Shown here: positions 1 to 12,134 of the stretch, piece by piece
Numbering within the stretch: position 1 is the stretch's first letter
Layout of the letters: each line of letters opens with the position of its first letter
Translations under genes and position numbers: made by a program
Notes under the pieces: model-generated
Databases searched by the model: none
What the model was told of the DNA's origin: nothing
What the model saw: the letters and a program-made list of their open reading frames with translations, nothing else
Origin: Mobula hypostoma
Taxonomy: Eukaryota
Assembly (NCBI RefSeq): GCF_963921235.1
Contig: NC_086097.1
Span: forward strand, 14,322,001-14,386,000
DNA: 64,000 bases
Direction: 5' to 3'

Positions 1-219
1 TTGGACTACTATTGAAAACAATATTCCATAACAATTGATTTTGTGTGTTTTTCTATAAGATGATAATTAAAAATGTAAACAATGAAAATATTACTTCAAA
101 GGCTGCAGACATTTTCCCTGGAGAAAGTTTTTACTAGGTTTTTTTTATTGCTTCACTTAATGGGGAATACTGCACATTACTGTTGATCAATAATTGTAAA
201 TATAACTATTTCTTTCCAG

Positions 220-283
220 GACAAGATGGACAACACTCAAAGTTCAGCAAAACTCATCACACATGGTTCATACAGAATGCTGG
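220..283 (+). other. Candidate spliced exon (64 bp) of an unidentified gene
   Basis: Good acceptor tatttctttccAG at 218-219 in non-repetitive sequence; donor G/GTCTGT at 284; open in all three frames; peptide not recognised. Confidence 0.25.
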
Positions 284-321
284 GTCTGTAAACCTCTTTG
301 GCAGAGCAGGATAAAGTGAAT

Positions 322-551
322 CTCACAACACGCTGGAGGAAATCAGCAGGTCGGGCAGCATCTGTGGAAACAATCAGTCGACGTTTCGGGCCGGAACTCT
401 TCGTCAGGGTTCCTGACATGTGTCCTGACGAAGGGTTCCAGCCCAAAGCGTCGACTGATTGTTTCCACGGATGCTGCCAAACCTGCTGAGTTCCTCCAGC
501 GTGTTGTGAGTGTTGCTTTGATCCCAGCATCTGCAGATAATTTTTGTGTTT
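322..551. mobile_element. Palindromic non-autonomous Penelope-derived element with hammerhead motifs on both arms
   Basis: Inverted arms ~322-408 and ~424-510; CTGACGA...GAAACGTC core on the minus arm; 14-bp TSD aggataaagtgaat at 308-321 and 552-565. Confidence 0.8.
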
Positions 552-684
552 AGGATAAAGTGAATACTTGAGCAACAACACGACGTCAATTGACTCACAC
601 ACACAAGCATTTAGGTGCACAGCTATTGCATTTTTTATCTTATTAAGATACTGCATGAAGTAGGTACTTCTGGCCTGCTTAGCA

Positions 685-890
685 ATCACTGATTTTAACC
701 CTAGTCTAATCTCTGGACAATTTACAATGACCAATTAAGCTAGATTGGACTCTGGGAGGGAACCGGAGAACCCGGAGGAAACCCATGTGGTCACGGGGAG
801 ACGTCCAAACTCCCCACAGGCAGCTGTGGGAATCGAACCCGTGTCGCTGGTCCTGTAAAGCATTGTGCTAACCACTACACTACCATATGG
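685..890 (-). mobile_element. tRNA-derived V-SINE-like element
   Basis: Minus strand has tRNA-like head (gtagtgtggttagc...ggttcgattccc) and V-domain text tgggtttcctccgggttctccggttccctccc. Confidence 0.7.
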
Positions 891-1342
891 TATCTGCAAA
901 CACTCAAACACACATGGAATATACACTAACATATGGGGGGCAAAGAGCTACAGACACAAGAACACGTGCACAAATGACAAACAGACACACGTGCACACAA
1001 ACGCACACTTGTACATTAATATACACAGAAAAAAAACGTGTGTGCTCACACAGAAGCATATCAGAATGTTGGTACCATTAAGTGAATATTTTAACTACAG
1101 TATGAAATCAGTTGACTAACATATACATAAGCACACACACACACATGCACGTGCATATTTTAGAATCAGAATCAGGTTTAATATAATTGGCATAACTCGT
1201 GAAATTTGTTAACTTTGCAGCAGCTGTACATTGCAATATATAATAATAGAAAAAAACTATGAATTACAGTATGTCTATTAAATAGTTAAATTAAATAAGT
1301 AGAGCTAAACAATAGAAATAAAAAAGTAGTGAGGTAGTGTTC

Positions 1343-1979
1343 TGTCCGCCAGAGAAAGCAGGATCTCCCAGTGGCCACACATTTTAATTCCACATCCCAT
1401 TCCCATTCTGACATGTCTATCCACGGCCTCCTCTACTGTAAAGATGAAGCCACACTCAGGTTGGAGGAACAACACCTTATATTCCGTCTGGGCAGCCTCC
1501 AACCTGATGGCATGAACATCGACTTCTCTAACTTCCGCTAGGCCCCACCTCCCCCTCGTACCCCATCTGTTATTTATTAATATACACACATTCTTTTTCT
1601 CTCTCTCTTTTTTCTCCCTCTGTCCCTCTCACTATACCCCTTGCCCATCCTCTGGGTTTCCCCCCCTCCCCCTTTCCTTGTCTCTCTTCCCGGACCTCCT
1701 GTCCCATGATCCTCTCGTATCCCCTTTTGCCAATCACTTGTCCAGCTCTCGGCTCTATCCCTCCCCCTCCTGTCTTCTCCTATCATTTCGGATTTCCCCC
1801 TCCCCCTCCCACTTTCAAATCTCTTACCAGCTCTTCCTTCAGTTAGTCCTGACGAAGGGTCTCGGCCCGAAACGTCGACTGTACCTCTTCCTATAGATGC
1901 TGCCTGGCCTGCTGCGTTCACCAGCAACTTTGATGTGTGTTGCTTGAATTTCCAGCATCTGCAGAATTCCTCGTGTTTG
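1343..1979 (+). mobile_element. 5'-truncated Penelope-like element (GIY-YIG C-terminus, pyrimidine-rich 3' region, hammerhead)
   Basis: Encodes ...DLPVATHFNSTSHSHSDMSIHGLLYCKDEATLRLEEQHLIFRLGSLQPDGMNIDFS; 15-bp TSD agtgaggtagtgttc at 1328-1342 and 1980-1994. Confidence 0.85.
1845..1880 (+). ncRNA. Minimal type I hammerhead ribozyme (PLE-associated)
   Basis: AGTC-CTGACGA-A-GGGT-CTCG-GCCC-GAAA-CG-TC-GACT: stem I AGTC/GACT, core CUGAnGA and GAAA, palindromic ACGT stem III, predicted cleavage after C1876. Confidence 0.75.
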
Positions 1980-2702
1980 AGTGAGGTAGTGTTCATGGGT
2001 TCAATGTCCATTCAGAAATCGGATGGCAGGTAGTTCCTGAATCACTGAGTGTGTGCTTTCAGTGTTGAGTGTGCACCCGTGATGAACGCTGAGGGACCAC
2101 ATTTCAACCAGGTGGGTTGCCGGATGGCACAGCTCACCGGGGCAGAAGGGCCTCTTCTGCGCTGCGTCTCTGAATAAATAAATCAAGTGCACAGCATTTC
2201 ACCAAATGCTCCATCCACTCCACCACACTCGTTACTCTCTGTTTAACCTTGTGACCTGGCCACAGTTCCCCACCACTCGATTGTCCCTGCAGAGTGAGCT
2301 GAACGGCATCTTTGGACAGGAAGGAAGCTTCAAGGGAGCCAAAAGAAGAACAGCGGAGATTGCAGGCGGAATGACATTGCCGTTCAGGAATCTGTGCTGC
2401 AACTTGAGTCCACAGTCTGGGCTAAACAGTACCACATGAACAAATGAGCTTTCAGATCTGGAACAGGCTGAGGGGCCCACCAAGGCTGTTTCATCTCTTT
2501 GAATTTCATCCCAATTAATCCCAATCACTCCTTCTCTTTCCCCGCAGTTCTGAAGTTTCACACCTTCCACTTAGCTGTTAAATCAGTCACTTTTCAACAG
2601 TTACATCTGAAGTGACCTTACATTCCAGATCAGAACTCACTCACAACAAAGAATTTCTGCTCACCACCCACCGACCCTTTGGACCATTTCTGTCAATTTA
2701 TT

Positions 2703-3255
2703 CTCAGTGGACATTTTATTAGGTACCTCCTGTGCCTAATAAAATGGCTACTGAGTGTATGGTCATGGCCTCTGCTGTTGTAGCCCATCCACTCCAAGGT
2801 TTAACACGTTGTGTATTTAGAGATGCTCTTCTGAATGCCACTGTTGTAACACGTGGTGATTTGAGTTACTGTCGCCTTCCTGTCAGCTTGAATCTGTCTG
2901 GCCATTCTCCTCTGACCTCTCTCATTAACAAGGCAGTTTTGCCCACAAAACTGCTGCACACTGGATGTTTTTTTTTTGCACCATTCTCTGGAGACTGTTG
3001 TGCATGAAAATCCCAGGAGGTCAGCAGCTTCTGAGATACTCAAACCACCCCATCTGGCACCAACAATTATTCCATGGTCAAAGTCGTTTAGATCACATTT
3101 GTTTCTGATTCTGATGTTTGGTCTGGACAACAACTGAATGTCTTGAATATGTGTGTATGCTTTTATGCATAGAGTGCTGCCACATGATTGGTTGATTAGA
3201 TATTTGCATTAACGAGCAGGTGTACAGATGTACCTAATAAAGTGGCCATTGAGTG
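2703..3255 (-). mobile_element. Non-autonomous Tc1-like DNA transposon with transposase N-terminal remnant
   Basis: TIRs ctcagtggacattttattaggtac / gtacctaataaagtggccattgag; ORF 2801-3133 (CDLNDFDHGIIVGARWGGLSISEAADLLGFS...ERGQRRMAR) resembles Tc1 paired-HTH domain. Confidence 0.85.
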
Positions 3256-3659
3256 TGAATCCTCCTGCCATCTTTATTTACTCTAGCAATGTTCTTTATA
3301 ATTTTGCACACCTGTGCTACACATCCTTTTAACCTTCACTGTAGAGACGTACACACAGTGGGTGGTCCGTAGATGGAATGAGCTGCTGGAAGAAGTGTAG
3401 AGGTGGGCACAACTGAGATATAGGTAGGACATTTGCACAGGTACTTGGATAGACAGACTCAGAGGGATATAGCCCAAACAAAGGCAAATAGAACAAGATT
3501 AGTTACTGTAGATAACGTGGTTGGAACAGACACGTTGGGCCAAAGTGCTTGTTTTCATACTGTTTAGCTTTGCCTGTCCGTGATTCTTGCTACCTTGGAA
3601 AAGCAGCCAGCAAAATCAAAGACCCATCCCACTCTGGAGGTTCTCTGTTCTAACATTCT

Positions 3660-4260
3660 CTGACGTAGATTGGGAGACCGCTTTGCCAAGCACCTATGCT
3701 CCGTCAGCCAGAGAATGTGGGATCTTCCAGTGGCTACACATTTTAATTCCACCTCCCATTCTCATTCCAACATGTCAGTCCGTGGCCTCCCCTACTGCTG
3801 CAATAAGGCCACGCCCAAGTTGGAGGAGCAACACCTTATAATCCGCTTGGGTAGTCCCAACCTGAAGGCATGAACATTGATTTCTCGAACTTCTGGTAAT
3901 GCCCCCCTCCTTTCCTTCCCCTCTCTCCCCTTATCTCCTTACCTGCCCATCACCTCCCTCTGGAGATTCTCCCCCTTCCCTTTCTTCCAAGGCCTTCTGT
4001 CCTCTCCTATCAGATTCCCCCTTCTCCAGCCCTTTATCTCTTTCACTAATAGACTTCCTAGCTCTTAACTTCACCCCTCCCACCCCCGGACTTCACCTAT
4101 CACCTACTGCCTTGTATTTCTTCCTCATCTTCTTATCCTGATGTCTCATCTTTTTTCTCCAGTCCTGATAACAGGTCTTGGCCCAAAACATCGACTGTTT
4201 ACTCTTTACCATCGATGCTGCCTGGCCTGCTGGGTTTGTCCAGCATTTTGCATGTGTTGC
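3660..4260 (+). mobile_element. Degraded Penelope-like 3' fragment
   Basis: GDRFAKHLCSV...DLPVATHFNSTSHSH...LEEQHLIIRLG; decayed hammerhead near 4160-4195. Confidence 0.8.
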
Positions 4261-4552
4261 CTTCTCTGTTCTTCCCTCTCCCATTGGGCAGAGGATACAA
4301 AAGTCTGAAAGCACGTACCATCAGGCTCAAGGACAGCTACTTATTAGTAAGACTGCTGAACAAACCTCTTGTACAACAAGATGGACTCTTGACCTCACAA
4401 TCTTCCCAATCAAGGCCCTTGCTCTTTATTGTCTAGCTGCATGGTACTTTCTTTGCAACTGTAACACTAAATTCTCTGTTCCGTTATTGCATTTCCTTTG
4501 TATTAAGTGATATACATGGATGACCTGCAAGCTTTTCATTGTATCTCAGTAC

Positions 4553-4928
4553 GTTCCTTCATTCGTTATGTGCTGTGACATATGACGTGGGCGATCATGG
4601 TCTTTCCATTGTTCTTGCCAAATTTTTCTACTGAAGTGGTTTGTCATTGGGTCTTCTGGGCAGTGTTTTTACAGGGCAGGTGACCCCAGCCATTATCAAT
4701 ATTCTTCAGAGATTGTCTGCCTGGCGTCAAGTGATTGCATAACTAGGACTTGTGCTATGCACCAGCGGCTCGTGCGACCCTCCACCACCTGCTCCCATGG
4801 CTTCACGTGACTATGATCAGGGGGCTAAGCAGGTGTTACACCTTACGCAAGGGTGACCTGCAGGCTAGCAGAGAGAAGGAGTGCCTTACATCTCCTTTGG
4901 TAGAGATGTATCTCCACGTCTCCACCCG
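4553..4928 (-). mobile_element. RTE-related bipartite SINE-like element (family copy 1), nested in a Rex1 3' fragment (~4265-4970)
   Basis: Homologous to 11765-12130 and 20535-20890; imperfect 12-bp TSD gtatctcagtac (4541-4552) / gtattccagtac (4929-4940). Confidence 0.7.
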
Positions 4929-6854
4929 GTATTCCAGTACATGTGACAAAAATAAGCCAATTCCAATTCTGAGTCTATGATAGGGTTACCTTTTTTTAAT
5001 TTCCCAGACCTCAGAGGGTGAACCAGGAAGTGAGAATGACATAAAAAAAAAGCTTCTTCTCAACAGGACTGAACATTTTTTTTCTCAACTACAGTATAAA
5101 TTTCAGTGATTCTCAAAATGTCATTTTCCTCCAGTCCCTGCATACAACTGAAACCCCATTAAATTAGAAGGGTGGATATTCATCCCTGAGACTTAACCAC
5201 CAAGCCTTGAGCTAACACTCCACTGCAACACAAGAAGAGGCTACCTTTAAGATGGATCATTAAACCACAACCCCATTTGATCATCTAGGTGAATGTTAAA
5301 CTATAACCCTTAGCCACAGCTCATATTTCAAAGAAAAGCCTCTCTCATCCTATCCCATCCTTCCCTATCAGATTTCTTTATCTTCAGCCCTCAACCTATT
5401 CCACCTATCACCTCCCAGTTTCTGACATCATCTCCCTCTCCCTAACCCACCCACCTTCCACCCCCTCACCTGGTCTTACCTCACCTGCCAGCTTATATTT
5501 TGTCCTTAACCCCCCACCCCAACACAACCACCGCCTTATTCTGGCTTCTGCCCCATCCTTTCCAGTCCTAATGAAGAGTCTCAGTCCAGAGCATCGACTG
5601 TTCATTTTCCTCCAGAGATGCTGCCTGACCTGCTGAATTTATTTCGAGTCACAGCGTGGGACAGGCCCCTCTGGCACAAAGAGCTGCACAGCATGACAAC
5701 CCCCATGGTTCATGAGGAGAATGTACAAGCTCCATACAGACAATGCAGGAATTGAACTCCAAACTCCGGACCGTCCCGAGTTATAATACCATCGCACCTA
5801 CCACTACACTACCATTGCACCCTAACCCACGCCTCCAGCCGGAAGCCAGACTGCTGGTGTTCCTCCAGCATTTTGTGCGTGTTGCCGAAAAAAGGAGGCC
5901 TCCCTCTGTATTTATTCCAGTGTAAGGCCAGAAATAAAATGCCACAGTTTGCAAATTTAGGACTTCCCTGTCCGACAGTCCAAGGAAGCATTCTCAGCTG
6001 CACTGTCTCAGAACAATGTGAGTTATAGTTTCCATCTTTCTCAAAATAGCTTCCAGATATGAAACTATTCAATTTCCAAATTCTGGGAGAGAATTAAGTG
6101 ACAAGAAATTATTTTTAAAAAGCACATGCAAAAGAACACAATGACCATGCTTGATTCAGCAAAAAAAAAATGGATTTGAAAGTCAAAACTTGAGAGAAGC
6201 CAAAACTAACACAATATTTGGGCTTGTCTTTCTGGCAATGTAATCATATTGCTGTTGGTTATGTCACTATTGCCTCTTAGTTAAGTTAATCATCTTGATA
6301 TTTTGGACCAGGACAGCACAATAATAATGTTTGAACTGCCAGCATTTCAATAGAAACAATAGGTTTAAGATTGCATCTGAAGTCAGGTATTTATACTGTA
6401 AAACTTGGCCCCTTGCATGAATTCCTAGAGGGACAGAAATCAAAACTGTAAAGGTTATATTGAAACTGTATGTATTTATGGTTAAGCAAGACTGTGAACA
6501 GCCCTAGTTTCTGTATTAAAAGGATATAGTTGTACTGCAGAAGGTTCTGAAAAGATTTACAATGACAAGACCAGAACAAGAGCTCGGCAAGAAAAATGAA
6601 TAGGATGTGACTATTTTTTAATAGAGTCATAAAGTACTACAGCATGAAAACAAACCCTTCATCTCACTTAGGCCATGCAACCTGGTCTTTGCCCACTCCA
6701 ATCTACAACGTTTGTACTTATTACTGCTCCAGTCAGAGGTTCAAACCTGCTTGAAAAGGGCATCAAACATACAAGTGCCCATCAAAAGAAAGATGAGCTC
6801 CCTCATCGACTATCACCTGCCTGAACTCACATATTACGCTGAAATGGAAAAAGA

Positions 6855-7380
6855 CATTGGTAAGGCCTAATTTGGAGTACTGAGTGCAGTTTTGGTCACC
6901 TACTTAAAGGAAAGATGTAAATATGGTTCAACGAGTACAGAGAAAATTTACAAGGATGTTGCTGGGTCTGGAGGACCTGAGTTATAAAAAAAAGAATGAA
7001 TAGGTTGGGACTTTATTCCTTGCAACACAGAAGATTGAGAGGAAATTTAATTACAAAATTATGAGGGGCATAGATAGGGTGAGGCTGGCTGGGACTACAA
7101 CCAGAGGTCATGGGTTAAGGGTGAAAGGTGGAAAAGTTTAAGGGGAACATGAGAGGAAACTTCTTCACTCAGAGGGCTGTGAGATTGTGGATGAACTGCC
7201 AGCACAAGCGGTGCATATGAGCTCAATTTCAACGTTTAAAAGAAGTTTGGATAGTTACATGGATGGTTGGGGTATGGAGACCTGGTGCAGGTCAGCAGGA
7301 GTAGGCAGTTTAAATGATTCAGCATGGACTAGATGGGCCAAAGGGCCTGCTTCTGTGCTGTACTTTTCTATGACTCTATG
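6855..7380 (+). mobile_element. CR1 LINE 3' fragment
   Basis: LVRPNLEY.VQFWSP remnant; CR1 3'UTR with ctatgact tail. Confidence 0.85.
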
Positions 7381-7384
7381 ATTC

Positions 7385-8220
7385 TACATCATGAAGTGTT
7401 TGAGAGGCCGGTCACGGCTCGAGTTAGCTCCTGCCTGAGCAAAGATCTAGACATGCTGCACCAAAATAATAGGTCTACAGCAGACACAATCTCACTTTTT
7501 CTCCACTCAGCCAAGGACCTCCTTGACAAGAGCAATACCTTCATCAAACTGCTGATTATTAATGACAACTCAGTGTTCAACACCTTCATCCCCTCAGTAC
7601 TAGTCAACAAGCTCCAAATCCTAGGCCTCTGTACCTCCCTCAGCAACTGGATCTTTGACTACCTAACTGGGAGATGACAGTCCATGTGGATCAGAAGTAA
7701 CATCTCCTCCTTGCTGACAATCAACACAGGCGCACCTCGAGGATGCATGCTCAGCCTACTGCTCTACTCTCTCTAGACCAGGGGATCCCAACCTTCTTTA
7801 GGCCATGGACCCTTACCATTAACCGAGGGGTCCATGGACTCCTGGTTGGGAACCACTTCTCTAAACTAATAACTGCCTGGCTAAGCATAGCTCAAACGCC
7901 ATCTATGAACTTGCCAAGGATACCTCTGTTGTTGGCAGAATCGCAGATGGTGATGGAGAGGCTTACTGGAGTGAGATAGATTGGCTGGTTGACTAGTGTT
8001 ACAAAAACAACCTTGCACTCATCCGTGAATTGATTGTGACCAAGGAATTGATTGTGAACTTCAGAAAGAGGAAGTTGAGCGAACACACACCAATGTGGTC
8101 AGTAGTAGAAAGGGTGAGTAGCTTTCAAGTTCCTGAGCCTCAACATCTCAGAGGATCTTTCCTGGGCCCAACACATTGATGTGATAATGTAGAAGGCATG
8201 GCAGCATCTGTACTTCATTA
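7385..8220 (+). mobile_element. Degraded Rex1/Babar RT fragment
   Basis: NRSTADTIS...SVFNTFIPSVLVNKLQILGLCTSLSNWIFDYLTGR, homologous to ORF 62682-63557. Confidence 0.8.
7779..7858. mobile_element. 80-bp hAT (Charlie-like) MITE
   Basis: TIRs caggggatcccaacc / ggttgggaaccactt; 8-bp TSD ctctagac (7771-7778) / ctctaaac (7859-7866). Confidence 0.75.
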
Positions 8221-8364
8221 ACGAGTGAAGTTCCTGATGCAGGGTTTTGACCAAAAATGTCAAATAGTTCCTTTCTTCTAAAAGATGCTAGCTGACTTGT
8301 TGAGTTCATCCCACAGGTTATTTGTTGCTCCAGATTCCAACATCTCCAGTCCCTTCTGTCCAAA

Positions 8365-8790
8365 TCAGAATCACAATCAAGCTTAATATCACTGGCATAT
8401 GTTGTTGACTTTGTGGCAGCAGTACAATGCATTACATAATAATGGAATATATATTTTAAATAAATAAATATATATATATATATAAAATAGTTCAATTAAC
8501 TAAGTAGTGCAAAAATAGTAAAAGAGTAGTGAGGTAGTGTTCTTGGGTTCAATGTCCATTCAGAAAATGGATGGCAGAGTGTTTCTTAATCATTGAGTGT
8601 GTGCCTTCAGTCTCCTGTACCTCATTCCTGATGGTAGCAATGAGAACAAGGCATAACCTGGGTGATGGAGGTCCTTAATGATGGATGCCGTCTTTTTGAG
8701 ACTTCATTCCTTGAAGATGTCCTGGATACTACAGAGGCTAGAGCCCATGACGGAGCTGACTAAGTTTCCAACTCTCTGCAGCTTTTCTGC
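8365..8790 (-). mobile_element. Rex1/Babar LINE 3' end
   Basis: Homologous to 62405-62870. Confidence 0.75.
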
Positions 8791-9924
8791 CAACAGTAGA
8801 TAGCTTAAAGTTAATAGTCACAACTTTAAATTTATGGAGAATGATACAAGGAGGATGTGAGGAAAAGTGTTTCATTCAGAGAATAGTGATGATCTAGGTT
8901 GACTAGTACTGTTTGTGAACCCGTGATTGGCTTCTACGCCACCTGATGACCTACCAATAAGAGAACATCATACTCAGTTTGAGTGATCACACTTCTGATA
9001 CTAAAATAGTCAGTTCCTTCAAAAGGAAAGTAGATAGACACTAGAAAGGAAATAAACTGCAGGGATATGTGGAATGAGCAGGGTGTTGAACTGATGGGCA
9101 TTTTCTTCCAGGGACCAGTGGAGACTCATTGGGCTAAAGGCCAGCTTTCTCTGGAATAGTGATTTTACGACACTAGCAATATTCTATCTCTTGAAGATTT
9201 TAACTAATAATTGCGTACCCCTTACTTTGATTAATGCAGGGTGCACAAATACAAATCACTTTTTTGTGAGCACCACTTCGTTGAAGGCTGGTAGGAATAT
9301 AGAATGATTTGATCTAAAAATATTTAATGTGTTAATTTCAGTATGTCTTTTAATGTGCTTTGTCATGCAATTAACAAGAATAAATGGTGGAAGAATAATG
9401 TTCGACTTGAAAAATAATCCAATTTTCCCTTTTTTTCAATTGCTGTAGATGGTCAGCCTCACAAATTAAGATACTTTGCCATTTTCTCATATTATTATGA
9501 AGTGTAATAAGAAAAATCTTCTAAAATCAGAGAACATTCTCAAATCATTTTTGTCACCACTTAGTTGCCCAGCTTTAAAAAAGGGCAAATGGAGATATAT
9601 TATCAAGAACATTTTCTTTCAAAAGGGACAGAAGATGATATTTTGCTAATTAAATGCCCTTTGTCCTGATAGTCTAGCTCTTGAACAACACCAAATGCTT
9701 ATCCTTACTAAGCCAGAATGTTCCTGCTGTGCGCATCTTCCAATATGATGAAGAGGTCTGCTATCTAATATAATCTTACTAGTTCCCTCACCTAGAGTTT
9801 CTTAGAAAAATCTGCTCAGAATAGATCAACTACAAAATGGAAACACATACTTGGTATCTTCTCTTTAGCAACATGTGAAAATTCAAACGAACTATCTTGG
9901 TTAACTAGTATTTTGGACAGAGAC

Positions 9925-10392
9925 TCAGAAATGTGAGTTCAAATCCTACCATGAATATAAATTTAAGAGATTAAGTAAATCTGGAATGAAAAAGCCTGAG
10001 TTATATAGAGTCACACAACAAAAAAAACAGGCTCTACAGCCGAACCTGTCCATTGTAACTGTGTGGCTGAGCAAGCAAGTCCCACCTGCCTTCATTTGGC
10101 CCATAGCCCACTGAACCTCTCCTATCCCAACCCCATGGATGTGATACTCTGCTATTAATGATAAGAATAAAATTACTGGATTGTTGGATTGTTTGTTTTT
10201 AAAAAAATATTTCATTAGAACCCTCCAGGGAAAGAAATCTGCTGTTGTTATCCTTGGCTGGCTGGCCTACATATGACTCCTGAGTCACCAATGTGATTCA
10301 TTTACCTGTAATGGTAAACCCTCAAATCAAAGGGTAATTAAGGATAAAATGTTGGCTGCTTCCGTAATGTCCACATCCTGTCAATGAATAAA
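9925..10392 (+). mobile_element. Old degraded SINE-like element with small internal CR1-tail insertion
   Basis: B-box-like gagttcaaatcc; body gggaaagaaatctgc...ggcctacatatgactcc; tail cacatcctgtcaatgaataaa, related to ~24170-24265. Confidence 0.45.
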
Positions 10393-10714
10393 TGCATTAA
10401 AAGTAATGCAGGGGTGCTCTATACCAAAAGACTAGAGAAAGAATAGAACTTGCTACCATGGGCTATGGCTGAAGGAAATAGTCAGCCACATTTAACAGGG
10501 AAACTGGACACACATATATAAATGTGAAGTGAATAGAAGGTAATGATGATAGACTTTGAGAGGGAAATTGGGAAGCCATTTGAGTGAAGCTAGTGTGGAG
10601 AAAAAGGGCTAAGTGGCCTGTTTCTATGCATTAACGCCTTCTAGGTCTCCTTCATGACTCTTGGTAGAATTGTCTACTCTGCATCAGAATTGTAGGTTTA
10701 AGTCTAAACCTAGA

Positions 10715-11240
10715 GACTTTATTTATTTTAGAGATACAGAGCAGAACACGCCCTTCTGGCCCACCGAGTCATGCCGCCCAGCTATTCACCAGTTAATCTT
10801 AACCTAATCACAGGACAATTTATAATGACCAATTAACTTTTTAACTGGTATGGTCTTTGGACTGTGGGAGGAAACAGGAGCACCTGGTTGAAAGCCATGT
10901 GCACACATGAAGGAACATACAAAAGCCAAAGTTGTGTATCTAATATGAGTAATATGGTAAATACATTGCTTGATTAAGCATTCTAATCGGTTTAAATAAT
11001 TCATTACGGGTTATAGGTCAAAGTGCATAAACAGCATACGTCATCATGCCACTACGTTATATGTGCATGCCTGACATAAATTTTAAAAATGAAACTAAGA
11101 CACATATCTCATGATTCCTTGTTTTTTCTTTCAATTATTTTTATGTTTTGGAGTTAAAAAACATAATAGCCAGATTTGAACTCTGAACTCCAACGGCCTT
11201 GACATTGCTCTAACCACTATGTTACCATGGTGCCATGGCA
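10715..11240 (-). mobile_element. V-SINE-like element interrupted by an ~240-bp AT-rich insert (10930-11168, possible solo LTR)
   Basis: V-domain on minus strand at ~10855-10900 and tRNA-like head at ~11170-11240; insert has gttgtgt...acataat inverted ends. Confidence 0.55.
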
Positions 11241-11764
11241 TGTGAGAACAAAATCTAGACGGTTACTCCTCCTGCCTGTCCTGTGGGTGTAAGCCACTGT
11301 TAGTGCTGATGGACCAGGCATTAAACCAAGGTTTCCTTTTCCCTCCTACATTAAAATATATATATATATATATATCATGGTATTATCTTAAGGAAGGAAA
11401 AGTGAACTTCAGACCCAGATTTTAATTCTTTAACCAATGTCATTAAGCCAAAGTTTGGACAGAGAATTCAGAAAACTCAGAGCAGCATAGGCAGCATTTA
11501 TGGAATGAGAAACAGCTAACGTTTCAGATCTGAAATATTAGTGCTGTTCCTCTTTGCACTGATGCAGTTTAACCCATATGTAAACCCAGCATTTAGCTTG
11601 CTTATTGGTGACTAGTTATATGTATACAAAACCAACATACCAATAAAGCATAAAGACACAGTCTTTGGCCCACGTATCAATGCCAATCATCGTCCCTATC
11701 TACACCAATCCCCCTTACCTGCATTGATTCCATCTCCCCTCTACGTTTCACTCAATTAAATGCC

Positions 11765-12130
11765 TGTCCGGGTGCCTCTTGTGGCTATTTGGTGTTTCTG
11801 GCTGGGTGGCAGGGAGGAGATACCTCTCTATCAATGGAGGTGTAAGGCACTCCTTTCCACCATTTTGCCTGCAGGCCACCCTTGGGCAAGGTGCTTAGCC
11901 CTTCCCCCTTCCCCCCCCCACAGATTGGGGTCATGTGAAGCCATGGGAGCAGGTGGTGGATGGTCATATGAGCAGCTGTTGCATATCACAGGTCCTGGTT
12001 TTGCGACCGCTGATGCCAAGCAGACAATCTCTGTAGAGGATTGATAATGACTGGGGTCACCCATATTGTAAAGACACTGCCCAGAAGAAGGCAATGGCAA
12101 ACCACTTCTGAAAATAAAATTGCCAAGAAC
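11765..12130 (+). mobile_element. RTE-related bipartite SINE-like element (family copy 2)
   Basis: Contains gaaggcaatggcaaaccact (BovB/RTE-type motif); matches 20535-20890. Confidence 0.7.
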
Positions 12131-12134
12131 TGTA

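Larger units (their letters stand above)
1160..2070 (-). mobile_element. Rex1/Babar LINE 3' end, interrupted by a PLE at 1343-1979
   Basis: (TCAGAA)n tail and 3'UTR matching the 62405-62700 copy. Confidence 0.7.

Noticed and set aside
237..734. 165-aa minus-strand ORF
   Set aside because: Spans a palindromic PLE insert and a SINE; artefactual.
11805..11826. U1 snRNA-like head (ggcagggaggagatacc)
   Set aside because: Similarity is short and not shared by the other two family copies.
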